Assembly (NCBI GenBank): GCA_965247095.1
Contig: OZ251997.1
Span: 3,648,001 to 3,712,000 of the forward strand
DNA length: 64,000 nt
Direction of reading: 5' to 3'
Source: Candidatus Multivorans sp.
GTDB taxonomy: Bacteria > Acidobacteriota > Thermoanaerobaculia > Multivoradales > Multivoraceae
Made by a program: the position numbers and the translations under genes. Below are positions 38,294 through 46,634 of this stretch, piece after piece (position 1 is the first letter of the stretch; each line of letters starts with the position of its first letter). The notes under the pieces are model-generated. The model ran no database searches. It was given only the letters and a program-made list of their open reading frames with translations, and was not told the DNA's origin.

Positions 38294-38827
38294 GTGACAA
38301 GAGGTCTTGCAATTGGGCTGCTGGTGGCCTTGGGCGTTGTGGCGGCAGCGTTCATCGTCTTCGTCGGGCTCAACGTGCCGACGGCGCCGGATGTCTCAGA
38401 ACTCGATCCGATCCTCACGAGCTTCCAGCTCGACACCCTGGACGGATCGAGCCTGGGCCCGCCGGACTTGCGCGGAGACGTCGTGGTGGTCGACTTCTGG
38501 GCGACCTGGTGCAAGCCGTGCGACGCCCAGGCGAGGATCCTGGAGGGGCTGCACGCGGAGTACGCCGACCAGGGGGTGACGTTCCTGGCCCTCAACACGG
38601 GCGAGGATCTGGAGACAGTCCAGAAGCACGTCGACGAGAAGCCGTTCGGTTACCCGGTGCTGCTCGACCCCGAGAGCGAGGTGATGCGCACCGCGGAGCT
38701 TTCCGGTCTGCCCACGCTCCTGGTGCTCAACCCGCTCGGTGAGGTGTCCTACATCGCCATCGGTGTGACCGGGGTGAGCGTGGTGCGGGGCGCGATCGAG
38801 GAAGCGCGGGCGGCCTCCTCGGGTTGA
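38294..38827 (+). CDS. TlpA/ResA-family thiol:disulfide oxidoreductase
   Basis: N-term TM, VDFWATWCKPC, GLPT. Confidence 0.9.
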   Translation: MTRGLAIGLLVALGVVAAAFIVFVGLNVPTAPDVSELDPILTSFQLDTLDGSSLGPPDLRGDVVVVDFWATWCKPCDAQARILEGLHAEYADQGVTFLALNTGEDLETVQKHVDEKPFGYPVLLDPESEVMRTAELSGLPTLLVLNPLGEVSYIAIGVTGVSVVRGAIEEARAASSG

Positions 38828-38885
38828 GGCCGGAGGCTCGGCAGCCCGGTTGTCGCGTCCTGGCAGCAGGAGATCCACCCGCGCC

Positions 38886-39122
38886 ATGATCAACGTCCGC
38901 AACCTCTCGATCAAGTGCGGCCACTGCGACACCTACCAGACCCTGTGCGCATACCGCCGCCGGGACGACTGCAACGTGTACGTCTACGAGTGCGAGAACG
39001 ACGTGTGCGACCCGGAGTTGAGCCGCACACTGGTCGAGGTGCCGAGCGAACTGGACGAGTTCGCGAACCGGGATCCGACCTGGGCGCACGGACGGCGCCA
39101 TAGCGGCGGCCAGGACGAATAG
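38886..39122 (+). CDS. Small Cys-rich putative metal-binding protein (78 aa)
   Basis: MINVRNLSIKCGHC...YECENDVC...; strong GC3 codon pattern; AGGAG upstream. Confidence 0.75.
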   Translation: MINVRNLSIKCGHCDTYQTLCAYRRRDDCNVYVYECENDVCDPELSRTLVEVPSELDEFANRDPTWAHGRRHSGGQDE

Positions 39123-39131
39123 GTCGAGTCC

Positions 39132-40409
39132 CTGAAACCGCGGAAACAGCCTCTCTCGGCCGAACGGCTGGAAACCCTCGCTGTACTGGCGGGAATCAGC
39201 CGCCTCGAGCTGACCATCGAGAAGGTCGTGCTGGGCGGTGACGGTCTGGCGCGCTGGCGCGATCTGCCGATCTTCGTGCCGCGGGCGGCGCCGGGCGACG
39301 TGGTCCTTGCCCGGATCACCGAACGCCGGCCGAGCTACGCCCGCGCCGAGATCGAACGGGTGATCTCAGCCGGCCCCCTGCGACGGGAAGCTCCCTGTCC
39401 CTTCTACGCCCGCTGCGGCGGCTGCCAACTTCAGCACATCGAGGACGATGAGCAGCTCGGCCTCAAGGTCGCCGCGGCGACGGAGACGCTGCGCCGGCTG
39501 GGCGGAATCGATCCGGCTCAGCTTGCGAGTTGCCGCGTCGAAGAACCGGTCGCGGACCGGCAGTGGGGCTATCGCCTGCGGGCCCAGGTCCACGTCGAAC
39601 AGAACGCGGATGGGTCGGTCGGCGTCGGTTTCCGCCGTCGCCGCAGCCATGACCTGGTCCAGGTCGACCGCTGCCCGGTGCTGGCGCCGGCGCTCGAAGC
39701 GCGGTTGGCCGATCTGCCGCGGTTGCTGGACGACGCGGCGCAAGCAGGGGACCCACCGGGCCGCCTCAGCCTGGCCACGGACGGTCTCGACGAGGACAGC
39801 CCGGTGGTTGCGGCGCCCCCCTTGGGCGGGCTGCCGGGCGGCGAACTTGTGACCGAAGTGCTGGGACATCGCCTGACCTACGACGCGCGCTGCTTCTTCC
39901 AGGCCCACGGGGGATTGCTGGAGGCTCTGGCGCGATCGGCGGTGGGCGCCTTCGAGGGCGAGACGGCGGTCGACCTGTACGCGGGGGTCGGCTTCTTCAC
40001 GGTCGGTCTCGCCGACCGCTACGGGTCGGTGACGGCGGTCGAAGGTGAATCGGTCGCCGCCCGCTACGCGAGAAACAACCTGCGTCTGAACGGCCTGCGC
40101 CACTGCCGGGTCGAGCGGGCCGCGGTGGAGAGCTGGGTCGACGGCAAGGCAGGCGGTGAGGGCCTCCAGCCCGGACTTGACCGGGTGCTGGTCGACCCGC
40201 CCCGCGTCGGTTTGTCGTGGAACGTCTGCCGGGCCCTGCTGCGGGCCGCGCCGGCCCGGTTGACCTACGTGTCCTGCGATGCGGCGACGCTGGCGCGGGA
40301 CCTCGGGGAGTTGACCCGGGACTTCGACCTGGAGTCGATCACTTTCTTCGACATCTTCCCGCAGACCGCGCACCTGGAGGCGGTGGTCCAGTTGCGGCGC
40401 CGCGGCTGA
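39132..40409 (+). CDS. RlmD/TrmA-type uracil-C5 RNA methyltransferase (TRAM + Fe-S)
   Basis: TRAM start LELTIEKVVLGGDG, CPFYARCGGCQLQH, FFQAH, DLYAGVG, DPPRVG, YVSCD, FPQTAHLE; start uncertain (CTG 39132 proposed). Confidence 0.88.
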   Translation: MKPRKQPLSAERLETLAVLAGISRLELTIEKVVLGGDGLARWRDLPIFVPRAAPGDVVLARITERRPSYARAEIERVISAGPLRREAPCPFYARCGGCQLQHIEDDEQLGLKVAAATETLRRLGGIDPAQLASCRVEEPVADRQWGYRLRAQVHVEQNADGSVGVGFRRRRSHDLVQVDRCPVLAPALEARLADLPRLLDDAAQAGDPPGRLSLATDGLDEDSPVVAAPPLGGLPGGELVTEVLGHRLTYDARCFFQAHGGLLEALARSAVGAFEGETAVDLYAGVGFFTVGLADRYGSVTAVEGESVAARYARNNLRLNGLRHCRVERAAVESWVDGKAGGEGLQPGLDRVLVDPPRVGLSWNVCRALLRAAPARLTYVSCDAATLARDLGELTRDFDLESITFFDIFPQTAHLEAVVQLRRRG

Positions 40410-40503
40410 CGCCGCTGCTGCGGCTGCTCGGTACCACCCCTCCGGACCCCGCCGCGGACTGGACGTTGCCTACTCCGTCACCCACGGTTGCGTTGTCGGG
40501 CGG

Positions 40504-40992
40504 CTACAGGTTGCGCCGGTAGCTTACGCCCTGGCCCCGGGTCTCGGTCACCGTGACCTCCACGACCTCTACCCGGTCTCGAAGGTGCGCCCACCGGTCC
40601 CGGAGGCGCAGCCAGAGCAGCCGCGCCAGCGCCTCGATCGTCACGTTCGCAACCGGCAGCAGGACGACCTCGGACGACGGGAACTCGTAGCGCCGCGAGC
40701 CGAACACCGCCGTCACCGTCTCGCCGTGCTGAGCGAGTTCAATGTGAGGACAGTCCGCGGGCAACAGGACCTTCTCGTCAAGGGCGGCGCACTGGGCGCG
40801 GATGTCCCGCTTCGCCGTGGCGAGGGGAACCAGGAAGTCCAGGTCGTCGAGCACGGATCCACTCAACTCCACGGTGACCCGGTAGTTGTGACCGTGGAGC
40901 GGCTCCGCTTCACCGTCGCCGAAGATGGTGAAGTGGGCCGCGGAGAACTTGAAGTCCTCCTTGCCGAGGAGTAGCGAGAACATGCCGGGCAC
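40504..40992 (-). CDS. 6-pyruvoyl-tetrahydropterin synthase family, PTPS-III type (ExxHGH)
   Basis: FSAAHF, AEPLHGHNY, TIEALA, VTET; no Cys in the catalytic motif. Confidence 0.85.
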   Translation of the reverse strand: MPGMFSLLLGKEDFKFSAAHFTIFGDGEAEPLHGHNYRVTVELSGSVLDDLDFLVPLATAKRDIRAQCAALDEKVLLPADCPHIELAQHGETVTAVFGSRRYEFPSSEVVLLPVANVTIEALARLLWLRLRDRWAHLRDRVEVVEVTVTETRGQGVSYRRNL

Positions 40993-41069
40993 GGGCCGAT
41001 CGTAACGTCCGGCTCGGGTCCGCGACCCTGCCGGCCGGAACCGGTCGCTTGGCGGCCGCTCGTCCGGCG

Positions 41070-41669
41070 CTAGCGCCAGGGACGGGGCGGCTCCCTGATC
41101 CTGCGGATCATCCGTCGACGGCGATTGGCCGGGTCGCTCGGGTCGTTGGAGAACAGCCGCATCACATCACCGTCGCGTGCGAAGCGGTACCGGCGCGCCG
41201 GCTTCTTGCCGTTCAGTCCCTTGGCTGCGCTCTTAGGGTACGTCCAGAGTTCGATGTCCGGGTCATCGATGTCGCGGTGCTCCTCCCACGCCGTCTTCTC
41301 CGGGTCGCCGAACAGGACATAGACCATGCCGCGATCCGTTCGCCGGCCGAGTAGGCCCGATTCCGAGTACCGCTTGTCGGCCTCGGCAGCCCGCAGCTCG
41401 AACTGCCGCTTGAGCGCGCCGGCTCTTCGGCGCCAGAACTGCTCGACGAAGGCTTCCGCCGCCTCGTCCGACTCGATCAGAAGGAAGAGGGTCCGCTCTT
41501 CCTCGTCGGCGAGCTGACCGACTGGTCCCACCATCCAGCGCGTATAGCCGGGCCCCAGGAAGGGGTTGATCAGGTCGTCCGGATGAAGCCGCTCGAGACT
41601 GTCGGCAGCCGTCGCCGCCGAGGCCGCGCCCAGAACCAGAGCCAGGGCCAGGGCCGCCGGGCGCCGCAC
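41070..41669 (-). CDS. Secreted GWxTD-domain protein
   Basis: Signal peptide (PAALALALVLGAASAATA), FVEQFWRRR, ADKRY, GRRTDRGMVYVLFGDP, ELWTY; GTG 41669 lies 2 nt after the folE stop. Confidence 0.8.
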   Translation of the reverse strand: MRRPAALALALVLGAASAATAADSLERLHPDDLINPFLGPGYTRWMVGPVGQLADEEERTLFLLIESDEAAEAFVEQFWRRRAGALKRQFELRAAEADKRYSESGLLGRRTDRGMVYVLFGDPEKTAWEEHRDIDDPDIELWTYPKSAAKGLNGKKPARRYRFARDGDVMRLFSNDPSDPANRRRRMIRRIREPPRPWR

Positions 41670-41671
41670 CG

Positions 41672-42310
41672 TCAACGGCCCTTCAAGAGATCCAGGAACT
41701 CCTCCCGGATCGGCCGTTCGTGGAAGATGCCCCGGAGCGCGGACGTGACCGTCATGGCGCCGGACTTCTCGACGCCGCGCATCTCGACACAGAGGTGACG
41801 GGCCTCGATCACGACCATCACGCCGGGCGGCCGGAGTTCCTCTTCGAGGAAGCTGACCACCTGCTCGGTGAGCCGCTCCTGGAGCTGCGGCCGCTTGGCG
41901 TAAAACTCGAGAATGCGTGCGAACTTGGACAGCCCCAGGATCTTGTCGCCGGGCACGTAGGCGATGTGCGCGTGGCCGTAGAAGGGCACCAGGTGATGCG
42001 CACACATGGAGTAGAAGGGGATGTCCTTCTCCATGACCATGGCGCGGTAGTTCTCGTCGTTCGGGAAGGTCGTGACACGCGGTTGCGACCCCTGGTCGAG
42101 ACCGCGGAACATCTCCAGGTACATTCTGGCCACCCGCTCGTGGGTGGTGCGCAGATTCGGGTCGTCCAGATCGAGGCCGAGTTCGACGAGCATGTCCCGA
42201 ACACGCTCCGCGAGACGCTCCACCCGCTCAGCGTCCGGGATCGCCGCCGCAAGCTCCTGCTGCCTCCGCTCGCGTGCCGCAGTCGTTCCCACAGGCTCCA
42301 GAACACGCAT
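41672..42310 (-). CDS. folE: GTP cyclohydrolase I
   Basis: RVARMY, FYSMCAHHLVPFYG, GLSKFAR, QLQERLT, ARHLCVEMRG. Confidence 0.95.
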   Translation of the reverse strand: MRVLEPVGTTAARERRQQELAAAIPDAERVERLAERVRDMLVELGLDLDDPNLRTTHERVARMYLEMFRGLDQGSQPRVTTFPNDENYRAMVMEKDIPFYSMCAHHLVPFYGHAHIAYVPGDKILGLSKFARILEFYAKRPQLQERLTEQVVSFLEEELRPPGVMVVIEARHLCVEMRGVEKSGAMTVTSALRGIFHERPIREEFLDLLKGR

Positions 42311-42361
42311 CGGCGCATGCTACCGTAGGCCGCCCCAGACAACTACGGAGCTGAGCTTCAA

Positions 42362-42589
42362 ATGAGCCGAGTCACGATCGAATACTGCGTGATGTGAAAC
42401 TACCGCCCCCGAGCCGCCGGTCTGGCGACTCAGTTGAAGGAGCGGTTCGACATCGATTCAGAGCTCGTGGACGGCAGTGGCGGTGTGTTCGAGGTCGCCC
42501 TCGACGGCCGGCCCGTGTTCTCGAAGAAGCAACTCGGCCGCTTCCCCGACAACGGCGAGGTCGAGGCCGCGGTCGTGGATCTGCTGTAG
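42362..42589 (+). CDS. SelW/Rdx-family selenoprotein (CxxU), 75 aa
   Basis: MSRVTIEYCVM-TGA(42395-42397)-NYRPRAAGLATQLKERF...GSGGVFEVALDGRPVFSKKQLGRFPDNGEV...*; Rdx motifs on both sides of the in-frame TGA. Confidence 0.92.
42411..42431 (+). promoter_or_regulatory. Bacterial SECIS-like stem-loop
   Basis: GAG-C-CGCC-GGUCU-GGCG-A-CUC starting 14 nt after the UGA; GGUCU loop resembles the E. coli fdhF SECIS apical loop. Confidence 0.7.
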
Positions 42590-42683
42590 AGCCGCCAACG
42601 GCTCTCTTCGTGTCCGTTCTGCGGTGCAGCCGACGCCGAGCGCCAGTCCGAAGACCGGCCGCCGGCCCGCCGGATCCAGGCCG

Positions 42684-42959
42684 CTAGCCCGATTCGCCGA
42701 TTGCGTCGAAGTCGAGCCGCCCGGCGGGGTCGGCATCGGCGGGGAAGAGGAAGTCCTTCATGTGGCGGGAGAGAGTCGCCTGGGCTTCCGGTTCCATGAA
42801 GTTCAGGCGCAGTTCGTTGATCACCTTGATCTCCATCGCCGTCCATTCGTGCCAGCAGCCGGCGCAGACGCGGGCGGCAATCTCCTCGCCGAGGGAACCG
42901 GGAAGCGGCGGATCGCCCAGCGCTTCCCGTTCCTGGTCGCAGCGGGCGCAGACGATCAT
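42684..42959 (-). CDS. yggX: Fe(II)-trafficking / oxidative damage protection protein (YggX family)
   Basis: PPLPGSLGEEI, CWHEW, VINELRLN, LSRHMKDFLF. Confidence 0.85.
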   Translation of the reverse strand: MIVCARCDQEREALGDPPLPGSLGEEIAARVCAGCWHEWTAMEIKVINELRLNFMEPEAQATLSRHMKDFLFPADADPAGRLDFDAIGESG

Positions 42960-44116
42960 CGGTCCTCCTCCGACGCGCCCGACCCGGAGTCCTGGGCCAC
43001 GTCCTGTGCTTCCTTGTAGCGCTTCTTGATCCCCGCCTTCTGGCGGTTGCGGACCAACCAGCGCAGGAACTTCGATTCGTTGATGCCGACCACGAGATCG
43101 TCGAGCGCCTCGTAGATCGCAGGATCGTTGATCAGCTTGGCCGCGGTGCCGTCGCCTTCGGAGACCTGCTCCAGCGTGGAGTTTAGGCGCTCTAGCAGTT
43201 GCTCCACCTCGGTTGTCAGCGATTCACCCAGTTCTTCGTCGTTCAGCAGCCGGGGCAGCAGCCCGTCGGCGCCCCGCAGGTCCGCGGCGATGGCGCGCAG
43301 ATCGGCGGCGGCGACCTCCGTGTCGGCCATGGTCGATTCGAAGCGGGTCTTCAGTTCGGCGTCGTGGAGCAGTGCCGGCGCCAGACCGTCGCCTTCCCGC
43401 AGCAGGGTCAGGGTCTCGTCGATGCTGTCCAGGGACGAAGCGAGCTGGTCGCCCATGTCCTCGTCCGTCAAGAGGCGGCCGAGCACTCCCTCGCCGGCCT
43501 CGACCTGGTTGGTCAGGCGCTCGATCGATTCCAGGGTCCGGATCACCGTGTCGGTGATCCGCTTGTCCTCGCGTTCGGCGACCAGCTCGCCGAGCAGCCC
43601 TTCGCCCCGCTCCATGCGGGTCAGGATGGTCGACAGAGACTGCGCGGTCGAGACCACGTAGTCGACCACGTCGGCGCCACTGGCAATCAGATCGTCGACA
43701 TCGGTGGGCAGGGCGGCAGGGATCTCTTCGCCTGGGTTGAGGAGCAACGCGCCAGGGGAGCCCGAGGTGATCTCGACGTACTTGTCGCCGAGCAGTCCCA
43801 GAGTCTTGATCCGGGCCAGGGAGTCGCGGCGCAGTCGACTCGCGTACCGGCGTTCGATGCTGATCCGCACTTCCAGCAGTTCGCTTTCCGGCCGCTCGCT
43901 CAGCAGGATGCGGTCCACCTTCCCGACGGTGACGCCGTTCAACTGGACCGGGTTGTCCTCCGCCAGGCCCGCCGCGTTGGGGAACATGATGCGGTAGGTG
44001 TTGCTGGCCCGGAACAGGAAGCTCTGATCGCCGATGGCGAGGATGAAGCCGGCCAGGACGATGAGCGCGCCCAGCACGGTCAGCCCCACCTTGGCTGTGT
44101 TCGAGTCACGCTGCAT
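42956..44116 (-). CDS. mlaD: MlaD/Mce substrate-binding protein with long helical C-terminus
   Basis: N-term TM, AAGL...VQLNGVTVGKV, TLGLLGDKYVEITSG, repeated GEGLLGxL helices. Confidence 0.88.
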   Translation of the reverse strand: MQRDSNTAKVGLTVLGALIVLAGFILAIGDQSFLFRASNTYRIMFPNAAGLAEDNPVQLNGVTVGKVDRILLSERPESELLEVRISIERRYASRLRRDSLARIKTLGLLGDKYVEITSGSPGALLLNPGEEIPAALPTDVDDLIASGADVVDYVVSTAQSLSTILTRMERGEGLLGELVAEREDKRITDTVIRTLESIERLTNQVEAGEGVLGRLLTDEDMGDQLASSLDSIDETLTLLREGDGLAPALLHDAELKTRFESTMADTEVAAADLRAIAADLRGADGLLPRLLNDEELGESLTTEVEQLLERLNSTLEQVSEGDGTAAKLINDPAIYEALDDLVVGINESKFLRWLVRNRQKAGIKKRYKEAQDVAQDSGSGASEEDR

Positions 44117-44906
44117 CGATGTCCTCCTGTGCTGACGGTTGTCGACCTTCCAGGAACGCCCTGAGCGCCGAATCCGTGCTTCGTTCGGCCTGCTCCCAGG
44201 TGCCGATGAAGCGGAACCGGCCTCCGTCCAGGAGAGCTACCCGGTCGCCCACGAAGCGAGCCAGCCGCAGGTCGTGGGTGACGACGACGGAAGTCGTGCC
44301 GAACTCTCCCTGGGTGCTTCGAATCAGACTGCAAATCGTCGCCGAGGTGACGGGATCGAGGCCCGCCGTCGGCTCGTCGAAGAGGACGACCTCGGGTTTC
44401 AGGACCAGGGAGCGAGCGAGCGCGACCCGCTTCTTCATGCCGCCGGATAGTGCTGCCGGCATGCGGTCTTCGATCCCGGACAGGCCCACCCACGCCAGGG
44501 CGCCGGCCACGCGCTCGCGGATCTCCTCCTCGCTCAACCGGTTGTGCTCGCGGAGAGGGAAGGCGACGTTCTCGAGCACGTCGATCGAGTCGAAGAGGGC
44601 CGCCGACTGGAACAGCATCGCGATGCGCCGCCGCAGCGGGTACAACTGGCGTTCGGTCAACTGGACGAGATCCGTTCCCTCGAACAGAACCGCGCCGGCC
44701 TCGGCGTCGTCGAGTCCGTTGAGCTGCCGCAGGGTGAGGCTCTTTCCGGACCCGGAACGGCCGAGAACGACCAGACACTCGCCGCGCATGACGTCGAAAC
44801 TCAGGTTGTCGAGGACGGCGCGGTCTCCGAATCGACGGCAGAGCCCACGGACGACATAGAGCGGTTCGTCGCGGCCGGTTTGCGCCGCCGGGTCAGGTAA
44901 GGACAT
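44106..44906 (-). CDS. mlaF: MlaF/Mkl ABC ATPase
   Basis: GRSGSGKS, FQSAALFDS, LSGGMKKRVALAR, DEPTAGLDP. Confidence 0.9.
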   Translation of the reverse strand: MSLPDPAAQTGRDEPLYVVRGLCRRFGDRAVLDNLSFDVMRGECLVVLGRSGSGKSLTLRQLNGLDDAEAGAVLFEGTDLVQLTERQLYPLRRRIAMLFQSAALFDSIDVLENVAFPLREHNRLSEEEIRERVAGALAWVGLSGIEDRMPAALSGGMKKRVALARSLVLKPEVVLFDEPTAGLDPVTSATICSLIRSTQGEFGTTSVVVTHDLRLARFVGDRVALLDGGRFRFIGTWEQAERSTDSALRAFLEGRQPSAQEDIDAA

Positions 44907-45675
44907 GAAACAGCTTGGTCAGAAAAAAATCAGATACCAGGACCATGATCGATGCCCAGACGACGGTCCTGGTGGTGGCGCGCCCCACGCCCTCGGCGCC
45001 GCCGGTTGCGTTCAGGCCGTTGTAGCAGCCGATGACAGCGATGAAACAGGCGAAAAACACCGACTTGCCCAGACCGTTCAGTACATCGCCCAGGGTCAGG
45101 GCCTGGAGGACGTCGTTGGTGTAGAGGCCGTAGGACAGGTTCAACTGGTTCGTGGCGATGAACAGGCCGCCGAGGATGCCCAGGAAGTCGCCCAGGATGG
45201 TGAGCACGGGCAGCATGATCAGGCTGGCGGCGAGCTTCGGCACCACCAGTTTTTTGACCGGATCGGCTGCCATGGAGCGCATCGCGTCGACCTGCTCGGT
45301 GACCTTCATCGTGCCCAGCTCCGCGGTCATGCCGGAACCGATCCGACCGCCGACGATGAGCGCGACGAGTACCGGTCCGAGTTCCCGGGTGAGCGACTTG
45401 GAGACCACGCTTCCGATGTAGTACTTGACCCCCAGCTCCGGCAGGCTGTACGCGGTCTGCAGGGCCAGTACCATGCCGGTGAAGAGGGTGGTGACCGCGG
45501 CCACCCCGAGCGAACTGACGCCTAGATGTTCCATCTGATGAAGCCATGACCGGAACTCGTAGGGTGGCCTGACCAAGGCCGTCAGACCTCTACCGGCCAG
45601 CAGCGACACCGCGCCGACATGGCGCAGCGGGGCCGCAAAATCGAACAGAATCTTGGGTGCAACCTGTTGCATCAA
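44893..45675 (-). CDS. mlaE: MlaE ABC permease
   Basis: RELGPVL, GRIGSGMTAELGTMKVTEQVDA, GAEGVGRATT. Confidence 0.92.
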   Translation of the reverse strand: MMQQVAPKILFDFAAPLRHVGAVSLLAGRGLTALVRPPYEFRSWLHQMEHLGVSSLGVAAVTTLFTGMVLALQTAYSLPELGVKYYIGSVVSKSLTRELGPVLVALIVGGRIGSGMTAELGTMKVTEQVDAMRSMAADPVKKLVVPKLAASLIMLPVLTILGDFLGILGGLFIATNQLNLSYGLYTNDVLQALTLGDVLNGLGKSVFFACFIAVIGCYNGLNATGGAEGVGRATTRTVVWASIMVLVSDFFLTKLFHVLT

Positions 45676-45761
45676 CCTACGGGGCAGCTTTCTTCGCGCT
45701 TGTCGTGCTCGCGGCGCGTGCTTGGTGTTAGCTTCCCCTCCTGACAGCGCTGAGCAGAACT

Positions 45762-46634
45762 TTGTCGAACCGGAATCCTACTGCCGCAGGCTCGGAACAT
45801 GGCCCGAGCTCGTACTTGGGCGAGGCATCGCGCTTGGTGGAAGGGAAGGCCCCTGGGCCGTCGTCGTCGCAGCCGCCGGTGTGGGCGGTGGCTGTGGCAA
45901 CCGTCACCGGCAACCTGTACCTGGTCTTCGGCAGCGCCGTCATGGGGGCTGCGGTGGCCATCGCCTCCTGGCTGCCAGGCCGTGACTGGGCCGGATTGAT
46001 GGCGCGGCTCTGGGCTCGGGGCCTCCTGGTGGCCGGCGGCGTCCGTCTGCGCCTCAACTACGCGGGCGGCGACCACGCGGCCTGGCGCGCGGCAACCGAC
46101 GGCCGTCCGCTGGTGTACATGGCAAACCACAGGAGCCTGTACGACGTTGCGGCCCTGCTCGCGATTCTGGACTCGCCGGTGCGCTTCCTGACCAAGCGCA
46201 GCCTGTTCCGGGTGCCGGGTTTCGGCTGGGGTCTCAGGGCGGCGGGATTCGTCCAGGTCGATCGCGTCGACCGGAGCCGCGCCGGCGAAACGTTCGCCGC
46301 GGCCTCGAAGTTGCTGGCCGCGGGAGTTTCCGTGGCCGTGTTCCCTGAAGAAACCCGTAGTTCCGGTCCCCGGATGAGGCCGTTTAAGCGCGGCGGGTTC
46401 CTGCTGGCTCTCAAGGGGCGTGCCCCGGTCGCTCCGATCGGTATCCGGGGCGCCGGGCGCATCCGGCGCAAGGGAGCGCTGGTCGTGCGGCCGGCCACCG
46501 TCGATGTGTCCTTCGGCGAGGTGCTCGACCCGGCGAGCGTGGGAGTACGGGGGCGGAGGACGTTCATGCTCGATGTCGAGCGGCGCGTTGGCCGGTTGGC
46601 GGGTCTTGAAACAGCGGGAGAAGGTGATGGCTGA
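45762..46634 (+). CDS. 1-acyl-sn-glycerol-3-phosphate acyltransferase (PlsC family)
   Basis: NHRSLYD (HX4D), FPEETRS, FKRGGF; start uncertain, probably further downstream. Confidence 0.88.
   Translation: MSNRNPTAAGSEHGPSSYLGEASRLVEGKAPGPSSSQPPVWAVAVATVTGNLYLVFGSAVMGAAVAIASWLPGRDWAGLMARLWARGLLVAGGVRLRLNYAGGDHAAWRAATDGRPLVYMANHRSLYDVAALLAILDSPVRFLTKRSLFRVPGFGWGLRAAGFVQVDRVDRSRAGETFAAASKLLAAGVSVAVFPEETRSSGPRMRPFKRGGFLLALKGRAPVAPIGIRGAGRIRRKGALVVRPATVDVSFGEVLDPASVGVRGRRTFMLDVERRVGRLAGLETAGEGDG

Noticed and set aside
40504-42310. 7-deazaguanine DNA-modification (dpd) or queuosine cluster
   Set aside because: No queC, queE or dpdA/tgt nearby, and the PTPS motif is the folate-type ExxHGH.
42590-42683. 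CPFCGAADAERQS Zn-ribbon-like peptide in frame after the selenoprotein TAG
   Set aside because: No start codon and it degenerates into the antisense of yggX; chance or a small remnant.
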